Positions 28,628-36,980 of a DNA stretch of 64,000 nt are shown here, in pieces. Numbering within the stretch: position 1 is the stretch's first letter; every line of letters begins with the position of its first letter. Below the pieces are notes generated by a model that was not told the DNA's origin, did not search any database, and worked only from the letters and a program-made list of their open reading frames with translations. Made by a program: the position numbers and the translations under genes. This DNA is from Chloroflexota bacterium (GTDB taxonomy: Bacteria > Chloroflexota > UBA11872 > VXOZ01), in contig CAXXVD010000003.1 in assembly GCA_963662335.2 (NCBI GenBank), positions 352,001-416,000 of the forward strand, written 5' to 3'.

Positions 28628-28922
28628 GCGGGGGACAAGCCCCCGCGCTACGTTGATGCGGCAGTGTTGGGGACAAGCCCTAATGCTGTCGCGCTAAACA
28701 GAACGGCGACAAAACTCGCTTCCAAAATTCCCGGTAGCGCAGGTTTGTAACCCCGTATCACGTACGGGGCAGGCTCTGCGAAGCTGGTAGGTCAATCCTT
28801 TGCGTGTCAGTTTCAATGGCTCCGGCGGGGGACAAGCCCCCGCGCTACGTTAATGCGACAGTACTGTGGATAAGCCGCGCGCTACGTTGATGCGACAGTA
28901 CTGTGGATAAGCCCGCGCTACG
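28628..28922. repeat. Composite REP module (C plus D) with a nested 24-bp insertion and a 37-bp tandem tail
   Basis: GCGGGGGACAAGCCCCCGCGCTAC at 28628 and 28825; D element split at 28751. Confidence 0.85.
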
Positions 28923-28980
28923 GTATTCGTATGCGAACCGTACCCGCGCTAGAGAAGCGTAAATTCGAGGCCACTTCCGC

Positions 28981-30255
28981 ATGCGCGACTCAGTAGACAA
29001 CGTTGCCGCTTTCGCATACACGCGCAGCCTCGAGCGCAACGTGTGGAAGTTCTACCTGCTCAAGTGCGCCTGGGGCGTGCGTTGGGGCACGCTGCTGCCC
29101 ATTGTGCTGCTCTACTTCCAGGAGCGCGGCATCTCCCTCACCGGTTTCATGGTGCTCATGGCCACCCTCAATCTCTCCAGCGTGGCGGCGGAACTGCCCA
29201 CCGGTCTCTTTGCCGACCGTTTCAGCCGCAAGTGGAGCGTCTTCCTCGGCGCGCTGCTCGGCTGCGGGGCGGTGCTGCTGCTCATATTCACCAACGACTA
29301 CGCCGTCTACGTGCTTGGCTTCATGACCGTTGGCATCGGGGCGGCGTTCGCTTCCGGCGCGGACATGGCGCTCTTCTACGACTCGGTCAAAGGCGCCGGC
29401 TGGGAAAACCGGTCGCAACTGTTGCTGGGGCGCGCCTTGACCATCGAGAACGTCGGCATGGTGAGCGGCATGCTCGTCACCGGCCTCATCGTATCCCGCA
29501 CCGGGCTGGTCGGCCCGTTCTGGGTAAGCGCCGCGGCCCTCTTGGCGGCGGCGTGTATCACGCTGACGTTCGCGGAGCCGCCGGTAGCCCGCGCCGCGCC
29601 GGCCCCGGCGCAAGAGACGACGTTCCGGCAAAAGTCCCGCGCGTACTTTCGCCGCCTCAAAGCGACCGTGCAGACGATCACCCACAACCCGGAACTGCTC
29701 GGCCTCGTCGTCGTCTACGTGGTGATGATGCGCGTCCACTTCTTGATCGAGCGTCCCTTTGCCGGGCCGTATCTCACCGGGCTCGACTTCTCCTACTCCC
29801 AGATTGGGTTCCTCTTCATGTTCTACTACGGCGTGATGTCGCTCTTCATGCTCGGCGCGGCCCGCTTTCGGGCGCTGCTGGAGGGCAACGAGCGGGTCGC
29901 GCTGCTCTCCCTGAGCCTCCTCGGGGCAACCGCGCTGGTTGTGTTCGTCAACGCGCCGCTGACGCCGCTCGTCATCGCCGGTATGCTGGGCGTCTACGTG
30001 ATGATCGGCCTGCTCCATCCCTTCATGATGGAGAGCCTGAACCGGCGCCTGGTCTCGGCCCAACGCGCCGCCTGCCTCTCGCTGGTGCAGGCGTCCAACT
30101 ATTCGCTGGGTCTGATGGTGGGGCCGGCGCTGGCTGCGGTCGCCGACACCTTTGGCCTGGCCACCGGCTTGCAGGTCTTCCAGTGGACGTTCGTGCCCGC
30201 CATCTTTCTGGCGGCGCTCCTGGCATGGCGCGCGTTGGCTCCCCCTTCACGGTAG
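28981..30255 (+). CDS. MFS transporter
   Basis: About 12 TM segments; ELPTGLFADRFSRK, AFASGADMALFYDS. Confidence 0.9.
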   Translation: MRDSVDNVAAFAYTRSLERNVWKFYLLKCAWGVRWGTLLPIVLLYFQERGISLTGFMVLMATLNLSSVAAELPTGLFADRFSRKWSVFLGALLGCGAVLLLIFTNDYAVYVLGFMTVGIGAAFASGADMALFYDSVKGAGWENRSQLLLGRALTIENVGMVSGMLVTGLIVSRTGLVGPFWVSAAALLAAACITLTFAEPPVARAAPAPAQETTFRQKSRAYFRRLKATVQTITHNPELLGLVVVYVVMMRVHFLIERPFAGPYLTGLDFSYSQIGFLFMFYYGVMSLFMLGAARFRALLEGNERVALLSLSLLGATALVVFVNAPLTPLVIAGMLGVYVMIGLLHPFMMESLNRRLVSAQRAACLSLVQASNYSLGLMVGPALAAVADTFGLATGLQVFQWTFVPAIFLAALLAWRALAPPSR

Positions 30256-30347
30256 GCGGCGGCTGTCCGGTAGCAGGCAGGAACGCGCGCGGCGGCCGTA
30301 ATACGCTTGTCCGAAGATTTGCGCACAATTTGCGGCTGGTGGCGGCA

Positions 30348-30593
30348 TATATTGTTGATATTCCTAATGCATAATAATGAGAATATCTGGAAAACCGCCC
30401 TTAAACGCCCTCCAAAGGCTTGCACATGGTTCGCGCCTCTGGTACTCTAGCTACATTGTTGATATTTCCAATACACAACAATAAGATTAGTTAGAGCACC
30501 GCCTCCGAACGCTCGCGCAAAACCCTGTTCATGTTTCGCTCATAGTGCATTGCACCTATATTGTTGATATTCTAAATAGACAATAGTAAGAAT
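30348..30593. repeat. Three AT-rich palindromic boxes (ATTGTTG-N14-CAACAAT type) spaced 104-105 bp
   Basis: ATTGTTGATATT begins at 30351, 30455 and 30560; intervening sequences are also related. Confidence 0.8.
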
Positions 30594-30610
30594 GAAGAGG
30601 GGAGGTTAGG

Positions 30611-32137
30611 ATGTACAGACCGTTTGCCGCTATCGGACTGAGCGTGTGCGCAGCCCTCTTCAGCGTTGCGACGGTTCATGCCGCCACGACCCCCCAGCCT
30701 GCCGCCACGAGCGCAACCGCCGCGGATTGCCAATTCGTGTTCGGCTTCAAGAGTATGCGCGACGCCATCGGCCAGGACGTCGTGGGCGAGTGCCTCGAGA
30801 ATGAACACCGCAACGCCAACGGCGACAGCGTGCAGCAGCGAACCACCGGCGGCCTGCTGGTCTGGCGCGAGGCCGACAACTGGACCGCCTTCACCGACGG
30901 CCACCACACCTGGGTGAACGGCCCGGACGGCGTGCGGAAGCGCCTGAACACCGAACGCTTCCCCTGGGAATCCGACTACGCGCCCGGCGGCGTGGCAACC
31001 CCCACCCCCGCGCCCACCGCAACGCCTGCCCCCGTTCCTACCGCCGAGCCGACACGGCCGATGCGCGCCGCACTGGCGATGCCGCTGGCTGCGCGCGGTA
31101 CCCTGCAGCGCCTGCTGGCGCCGCCCGCCGAACTCGGCCTGCACTCGTTCTACAAGAAGCACCTGGACGCCGGCGGCCTGCCGATCGTCGCCTCGGAGAA
31201 CGTGATGGACGACGCCCTGTATCGCGCGCGTGACATCATCGACGAGATGCTGGCTCACCGTCCCGAACTCCGCGCCGTGATTGCCGGCATGGGCGCCAAG
31301 ATAACCCTGGTGGGGGATGCGGAAGTCATCACCGATGTTCCTGAATTCAGCAACATCTACAAGATGGCCCCCGGCATCGACTGGAACAGCCGGGTGCGGG
31401 GCGGCGGCCTGTCCGGCAACCATCAACTGCCCGCGACGGCAATCTATGCGGCCAACGTCCTCTGCTCCACCGGCGACGCCTTCCCGTTCGAGGACATCTT
31501 CGTGCACGAGTTTGCTCACACCATCCTCAATATGGGCATCGAGCGCCAGCCCGGCGGCAAGGCTTTCCGCTCGCGCCTGGAAAGCGCCTTCCGCTCCGCC
31601 ATTCGCAAGGGCCTCTGGCACGGCGCCTACGCCAGCCAGAACGCTGACGAATACTGGGCCGAGGGCGTGCAGTCCTGGTTCGGCCTGAACGACCCGCCCG
31701 GCATGTACCACAACGAAGTCAACACCCGCGCCGAACTGAAGGCCTACGACCCAACGCTGGCCGGACTGATCCGAGAAGTCTTCGGGGAAAACACCATTAC
31801 GACTTCCTGCCACGAGACCGTGGACGTGCAGAAGAACCTGAGAATTCAAGGCAAAGTGGTCGACGCCAATGGCCGCCCGGTGAAAGACCTGGTCCTGTGG
31901 GCGTGGCAGGGGAACGTTCTGAACAGCGGATGCGAGTACTCGGCGGCGGACGGCGCTTTCAACATCAAAGTGCCCGCGGGCGCCTTCACGCTGGACGTGT
32001 ACAAGATGACCGCAGCCGGCCTCCAGTTCGTCGGCTGGTACGACGGGAAGAGCCTGACGACCAACCGGATGAACGCTTCGATCGTCAAGCTGAGCAACCG
32101 GAACGCCTCCGGCTTCGTCATCCGCCTGCCGAGCTAG
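30611..32137 (+). CDS. Secreted multidomain protein with zinc metallopeptidase domain
   Basis: Signal peptide; N-terminal CQFVFGF...TTGGLLVWR..DNWTAFTDG domain; P/T linker; HEFAH plus EYWAEG; C-terminal beta domain; GGAGG RBS. Confidence 0.85.
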   Translation: MYRPFAAIGLSVCAALFSVATVHAATTPQPAATSATAADCQFVFGFKSMRDAIGQDVVGECLENEHRNANGDSVQQRTTGGLLVWREADNWTAFTDGHHTWVNGPDGVRKRLNTERFPWESDYAPGGVATPTPAPTATPAPVPTAEPTRPMRAALAMPLAARGTLQRLLAPPAELGLHSFYKKHLDAGGLPIVASENVMDDALYRARDIIDEMLAHRPELRAVIAGMGAKITLVGDAEVITDVPEFSNIYKMAPGIDWNSRVRGGGLSGNHQLPATAIYAANVLCSTGDAFPFEDIFVHEFAHTILNMGIERQPGGKAFRSRLESAFRSAIRKGLWHGAYASQNADEYWAEGVQSWFGLNDPPGMYHNEVNTRAELKAYDPTLAGLIREVFGENTITTSCHETVDVQKNLRIQGKVVDANGRPVKDLVLWAWQGNVLNSGCEYSAADGAFNIKVPAGAFTLDVYKMTAAGLQFVGWYDGKSLTTNRMNASIVKLSNRNASGFVIRLPS

Positions 32138-32244
32138 AACGAGTAGCGGCTCTCACGCGGCGCCAGTCCCACTGCTCGCAGCGCTAGCCCGAAACCGCGG
32201 GGCAGCGGCGGCGCCGGGCGATACCGGAAACCCGGGATAGCACA

Positions 32245-32270
32245 GAGGGGCACGATACAGCGTGCCCCTC
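32245..32270. terminator. Hairpin between convergent genes
   Basis: GAGGGGCACG-ATACAG-CGTGCCCCTC. Confidence 0.6.
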
Positions 32271-32353
32271 CTTCATTGGCCGGTCGAGCGTCTCGCAAGA
32301 GCGCGTGGTAGCGGCCACCTCTTTCGTTTCGACGCTTAGCCCCGCGCCGCGCG

Positions 32354-33022
32354 CTACCCGTAGCGCTCTTCCGTCCATGGATCGCCGCGCATGTGGTAGC
32401 CGCGTTGCTCCCAGAAGCCGGGCGCGTCGGCGTTCACGAACTCCAGGCCGCGCAGCCACTTGGCGCTCTTCCAGAAGTAGAGGTGGGGGACCATGAGGCG
32501 CAGGGGCCAACCGTGGTCGTGGTTGAGGTTCTCGCCGTTGTGCTTGTAGGCCAGCAGCACGTCGTCGCGCAGGAAGTCGGCCAGCGGCAGGTTGGCGGTG
32601 TAACCCTGCTCGGCGTGGGCGATGACGTGGGTGGCCGCGGGCGTGGGCGCGGCCTGCTCCGCCACGTAGAGCGCCGGCACGCCCTCGAACACGTTGTCCA
32701 GCAGGCTCCACGTGGTGACGCAGTGGATGTCGCAGAGGACTTTCTTGGTGGGTAGGTTCATGAACTCTTCATAATTCCAGACGAGCGGGTTCTCCACCAG
32801 ACCGACGATGCGGAGGTCCCATCTGGCGGGATCGAATCTCGGCGTGGAGCCGTAGGTGAGCACGGGCCAGCCGCGGGTGACCCACTGCCCCGGCGGCACC
32901 CGCGAGCGGTCCATGGGCCGGGCGTCCAGCGCGTCCTCCGCCTCGGCGCGCACGCGCTCCGGCACTTCCGAATCGTCGCTTGCCTGCCTGCCAAAACCTG
33001 ATAGGAATCGTCCGAGTTCCAT
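32354..33022 (-). CDS. Sulfite oxidase-like molybdopterin oxidoreductase (YuiH/MsrP-like, no Tat signal)
   Basis: PPGQ, DIHCVTTWS, HGWPLRL.VPHLYFWKSAKW, GFWEQRGYH.RGDPW. Confidence 0.9.
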   Translation of the reverse strand: MELGRFLSGFGRQASDDSEVPERVRAEAEDALDARPMDRSRVPPGQWVTRGWPVLTYGSTPRFDPARWDLRIVGLVENPLVWNYEEFMNLPTKKVLCDIHCVTTWSLLDNVFEGVPALYVAEQAAPTPAATHVIAHAEQGYTANLPLADFLRDDVLLAYKHNGENLNHDHGWPLRLMVPHLYFWKSAKWLRGLEFVNADAPGFWEQRGYHMRGDPWTEERYG

Positions 33023-33105
33023 TGTGCTGCTCCCTGGTGTTCACGCCCGCCGCGCGGCCCGTCTACCCTTCAGATTAGCACAGCCCCGGCGGTACTGTGG
33101 CCGTC

Positions 33106-34146
33106 TCAGCCGCACACCTGGCGGAAGACGCGCAGGTGGTTCAGGCCCAGCATCTTGCGCAGGTCGTCCTCGCGCCAGCCGCGGGCCAGCAGGCCCTCGG
33201 TAATCTGCGGCACGACGGTGGCGTCCTTCAGCACGTCGCCGCCGCCGTCGAAGTCGGAACCGAGGCCGACGCAGTCCGTGCCGCCGACCTGGGCAATATG
33301 GTCGAAGTGGTCGAGCAGCCGCTCCAGGGTGCGCTTCTCCGGGTCGGCGTCCACGAACGCGGGCACGTAGGTCACGCCGATTACGCCGCCGTTCTGCGCC
33401 ACGGCCCGGATTTGGTCGTCGGTGAGGTTGCGCGGATGCTCGCAGAGGGCGCGGCAGGCGTTGTGGGAACCGATTACGGGCGCGCTCGTGACCTCCAGTA
33501 CGTCCCAGAAGCCCCGGTCGCTGATGTGGGAGATGTCCACGATCATGCCGAGTTCGTTCATGGAGCGCACGAGATCGCGCCCAAAGTGGGTCAAGCCGCC
33601 GCCGGTCACGTTCTCGAACGCGCCGTCGGCGGCGTGGGCGCGATAGCTCCACGTGAGCGTCATGGAGCGCACCCCGAGCCGCTGCAGCACCGGCAGTACC
33701 CAGAGGCTGCGCTCCAGCACCTCGGAATTCTCGATGGTGAGCACGGCGGCGATGCGGCCGCTGGCTGCGATGGCCTCTATTTCGCCCGCCGTGGTCGCGA
33801 TGGCGATTTGGTCGGCGTGGGCGTCCACCTCCGCCAGAAACCAGCCAAAGGCATCCATGGCGTACAACAGATGGTTGCCCCAGGCGCGGGTGACGTCCAC
33901 GGCGCAGTAGACCACGTCGACGCCGCCGGCGCGCAGCTTGGGCAGATTGACCTGCATCTCGCGCCCGCCGGGCATCAACGATCCCCGCAAGAACGTCACC
34001 ACGCTCTCCGGCTCGCCACGCGCCGGCGCGTCCGGCCCGGCAATGCTCTCCCCCTTGCGCAGGAGATAGGCGACGATGGCGTCGTTGTGAGAGTCGATGA
34101 CGAGGGACGAGTTGTGCAACTCTGAGGCGGTGGACTTTGTAGGCAT
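33106..34146 (-). CDS. Membrane dipeptidase (peptidase M19)
   Basis: DSHND, IENSE, VDISH, GSHN, RNLTD, GSDFDG. Confidence 0.92.
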   Translation of the reverse strand: MPTKSTASELHNSSLVIDSHNDAIVAYLLRKGESIAGPDAPARGEPESVVTFLRGSLMPGGREMQVNLPKLRAGGVDVVYCAVDVTRAWGNHLLYAMDAFGWFLAEVDAHADQIAIATTAGEIEAIAASGRIAAVLTIENSEVLERSLWVLPVLQRLGVRSMTLTWSYRAHAADGAFENVTGGGLTHFGRDLVRSMNELGMIVDISHISDRGFWDVLEVTSAPVIGSHNACRALCEHPRNLTDDQIRAVAQNGGVIGVTYVPAFVDADPEKRTLERLLDHFDHIAQVGGTDCVGLGSDFDGGGDVLKDATVVPQITEGLLARGWREDDLRKMLGLNHLRVFRQVCG

Positions 34147-34388
34147 GTTTGCTCCTCTAAGTGGGCAGTTCTATCCCGTGATTGCGACTTCGATCCAATT
34201 CACCGTGTGACTGCTATATCTTCAGGTTGCTAGCAGCACAGCCAAAGGGAAGAGTTTGGATACAAGCGAACTTACCGGGATTGTAGACAACGGCATCTAA
34301 CAGCCTCTGCGCAAGAATACCTATACAACTCTTGGCAACAAATAGCGAGATATGCTGTAAAGAGATTCCGCAAGCGGCCTCGAACACG

Positions 34389-34417
34389 TTGCACATCTTG
34401 GCACAATGCTATACAAT
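34389..34417 (+). promoter_or_regulatory. Promoter of the NYN gene and its leader
   Basis: TTGCAC-N17-TACAAT. Confidence 0.65.
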
Positions 34418-34531
34418 TGAAGCACAATAGCCCATCGGCGGCGTTAAAGTAACCCTTTTGGGCGGCTGCCGATAATTTTATCCCCAGGGGATGCTTGCTC
34501 TTCAAAGCATCCCCTGAAGTGTTTCAAGCCC

Positions 34532-35179
34532 ATGCCTACAGATTTCCAACGGCTACCGCAACTTCGAAATCGCGTGAGGGTCTTTATTGATTATTGGAAT
34601 CTCCAACTCACTCTCAACGCTAATGAAGCACGATCTCTTGGAGTGCGCGAAGTTCGATTCAAGATAGATTGGCTATCATTCCCCCGTGTTCTGGCAGATG
34701 AGGCTGCTGCTGTCGCCGGTCTACGTGACTATTCGTACGACGGTACAGTTGTCTATGCCTCCTATAACGCTATCACAGAAGCAAATCTCGATCGGTGGCT
34801 GAAGACCTGGCTCAACCGGCAGCCGGGCCTCCAGGTGGTTTCGCAAGAGAGACGCCCAAAGCGTCCCCCCAATTGTGCGCGTTGCAAGAAGCCAGTCGAG
34901 CACTGTCCTGAGTGTGGTCAGCGACTGGCGGCAACGACCGAAAAAGGGATTGATACTGCTATGGTAACGGATCTGATTCGGCTTGCATGGGAAGATGCAT
35001 ATGACGTAGGCGTTATAGTGTCTTCTGACAGCGATTTCGTTCCCGCCGTCAAATTCCTTGATTCGCGTGGCTTGAAGATGATTCAGGCGGGCTTTCCTCC
35101 CCTTGGGGTTGATCTCGCTACCTCATGCTGGGCATCCTTTGACATTTTTCCGTTGCGGGAAAAGTTCCGCAGGCAGTAG
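34532..35179 (+). CDS. NYN-domain (LabA/DUF88, PIN-like) ribonuclease with inserted zinc ribbon
   Basis: VFIDYWN, EKGIDTAMVTD, IVSSDSDFVP acidic motifs; CARC..CPEC. Confidence 0.9.
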   Translation: MPTDFQRLPQLRNRVRVFIDYWNLQLTLNANEARSLGVREVRFKIDWLSFPRVLADEAAAVAGLRDYSYDGTVVYASYNAITEANLDRWLKTWLNRQPGLQVVSQERRPKRPPNCARCKKPVEHCPECGQRLAATTEKGIDTAMVTDLIRLAWEDAYDVGVIVSSDSDFVPAVKFLDSRGLKMIQAGFPPLGVDLATSCWASFDIFPLREKFRRQ

Positions 35180-35274
35180 GAGAGCGCCCAGCAGTTCCTT
35201 GGCGCTAAGGCTGGGAATACCACCTTTATAACGGGTAAAGCATCAAGTTGCTTTGACCGGGCCGCGGAATCGGG

Positions 35275-35610
35275 TTACATGTCAGGATTTAATTCTTCCA
35301 AGTAAATGTCCACCGCGGGATGTGGGCGCGCCCTGAGAATTGTAACGAACTCTAAGAACCATTTTCCCTCCCCGCATTTGGGGCATGCCACAATTTCAGG
35401 TCGGCAGAATCCAAAGTCTTGAGTGTCGTGCCCGCAAATTGGCTTATAACATCCCTCGAATGTCAGGTCTCCATCATAGGTGAGCGGGGCCCTTGTGCCT
35501 GCACACACTCCTTTTGTAGCCGCTGCGATGGCTCGCTCCGCAATGCATCGCGGCACTCCTTCCGACACGAGCTTGTTTATTGTGGCTTCATGTTGCTCCA
35601 GTTGTTCCAT
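35275..35610 (-). CDS. Hypothetical Cys-rich protein
   Basis: AGGAG RBS before ATG 35610; CYKPICGH and CPKC motifs. Confidence 0.6.
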   Translation of the reverse strand: MEQLEQHEATINKLVSEGVPRCIAERAIAAATKGVCAGTRAPLTYDGDLTFEGCYKPICGHDTQDFGFCRPEIVACPKCGEGKWFLEFVTILRARPHPAVDIYLEELNPDM

Positions 35611-35638
35611 CGATTTCTCCTGTTCATACCGGCTAAGC

Positions 35639-35788
35639 CTACTCATCGCCGGCCAGGTCGTTCACGTCGCCTCCCTTGCCGCCATCATCCTTCTCTATCA
35701 GCGCGGCAATAATTGCAAAAATGCAACCTGTCCAGAAAACAATGTTGAAGACGACTACCCATGGATCAGACCAGTTGATGTCTATCAT
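35639..35788 (-). CDS. 49-aa single-TM small protein (not in ORF track)
   Basis: MIDINWSDPWVVVFNIVFWTGCIFAIIAALIEKDDGGKGGDVNDLAGDE, co-oriented and 28 nt upstream of the Cys-rich ORF. Confidence 0.5.
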   Translation of the reverse strand: MIDINWSDPWVVVFNIVFWTGCIFAIIAALIEKDDGGKGGDVNDLAGDE

Positions 35789-35925
35789 GTTCGCTTAGAA
35801 GCCGTCCTATCTACGGCCAGTTCTGTCTTATATCCCTCGCTCGAGTCATGATCCATTGCTCAAATAGCCATGCAGTGCATTCAATGAGGTTAGATTTGCC
35901 TACTTAGTCTAACTGCGCCGCTCAG

Positions 35926-36888
35926 CTAGTTGCCTTCTTTCGTCACCACGTCGATCAGCGCCTGGATGTAGCCGTTCGCGAACGCGCGGCCGCGGTGGCC
36001 CCAGGCGGAATCGCCGTCGGTTTGCGGCACGTGGTCGTCGATGAAGAAGCCGTCGAACCCCACCTCGTGGTAGATTTGCATCGCCTTGTGCATGTCCACG
36101 TAGCCGGTGTTGATGAACTCTTCCTGGAACTTCGGCACTGGGCTTGAGACGTTGCGGAAGTGCACGTAGAGGATCTTCTTGCGTTCGCCAAAGTAGCGGA
36201 TCATCTCGTAGATGTCCTCGCCCTGCATCTCGGCAAACGTCCCCTGGCAGAACTCCACGGCGTTGCAGTCGGACGGGTAGATTTCGATGAGGCGCTTGTA
36301 GGAAGCAAAGTTGCGGAAGAGCAGGGGAATGCCGCCCAGCCGCTCCATCGGCGGGTCGCAGGGGTGAATGCCGAGGCGGATGCCCTCTTCCTCGGCGATG
36401 GGCGTGATGAGCTTGATCCAGTACTCCAGGTTTGCCCAGACTTCCTCTTCCGTGTACTCGCTGCCGTGAGAGAGCGGCCGTTGTTCGGCTTCCGCGTAAT
36501 CGAACGCGGTGGCCACGGCCCCGCAGCGAATCTCCGCGGGCGTGGTGCGCCAGACGTGCGACGGCATCCAGTGGTAGCCGAAGATGGGAATGCCCGCCCG
36601 CGCCATGTTGCGGATGGTGGCGACCATGTTCTCGATCTGCTCGTCGCGCCGCGGCCCGCCCAGCATCACGTGGTCGTAGAATTCGACCGGCACGTTCTCC
36701 AGGGCCGTGAGTTTCAGGTCGTACTGCTCGATCTCCTTGCGGAGCTTTACCAGGTCGGCAAGCTCCCAGCGCCCGTTCTCGCCGGGCAGATTCGCCGTAT
36801 TCAGCAGCACGTCCGTCGCGCCGTACTGCGCGGCAAATTGCAGGTATTCCGGCAGCGGGTCCTTGAATTGGCCAAATCCTACTCTCAT
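35926..36888 (-). CDS. uxuA: Mannonate dehydratase family protein
   Basis: GIRLGIHPCDPP, FCQGT, YVHFRNV, EEFINTGYVDM, DDHVP. Confidence 0.85.
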   Translation of the reverse strand: MRVGFGQFKDPLPEYLQFAAQYGATDVLLNTANLPGENGRWELADLVKLRKEIEQYDLKLTALENVPVEFYDHVMLGGPRRDEQIENMVATIRNMARAGIPIFGYHWMPSHVWRTTPAEIRCGAVATAFDYAEAEQRPLSHGSEYTEEEVWANLEYWIKLITPIAEEEGIRLGIHPCDPPMERLGGIPLLFRNFASYKRLIEIYPSDCNAVEFCQGTFAEMQGEDIYEMIRYFGERKKILYVHFRNVSSPVPKFQEEFINTGYVDMHKAMQIYHEVGFDGFFIDDHVPQTDGDSAWGHRGRAFANGYIQALIDVVTKEGN

Positions 36889-36980
36889 CCGTCATCCCTC
36901 CCTAACATGGAACTTACTCTCACGCAGTTCTCTCGCTGTCGCGCAGGCCCTCCGCAGAGCCTATGCGCAAGTGTGGTTTG

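Noticed and set aside
28865-28910. Two perfect DnaA boxes (TGTGGATAA) suggesting oriC
   Set aside because: They lie in a 37-bp duplicated REP-derived unit (variant of TGGGGACAAGCC); no AT-rich unwinding region or dnaA nearby
30348-30593. Possible CRISPR-like repeat-spacer array
   Set aside because: Repeats are degenerate and the ~68-bp intervals resemble each other, so this is a tandem triplication
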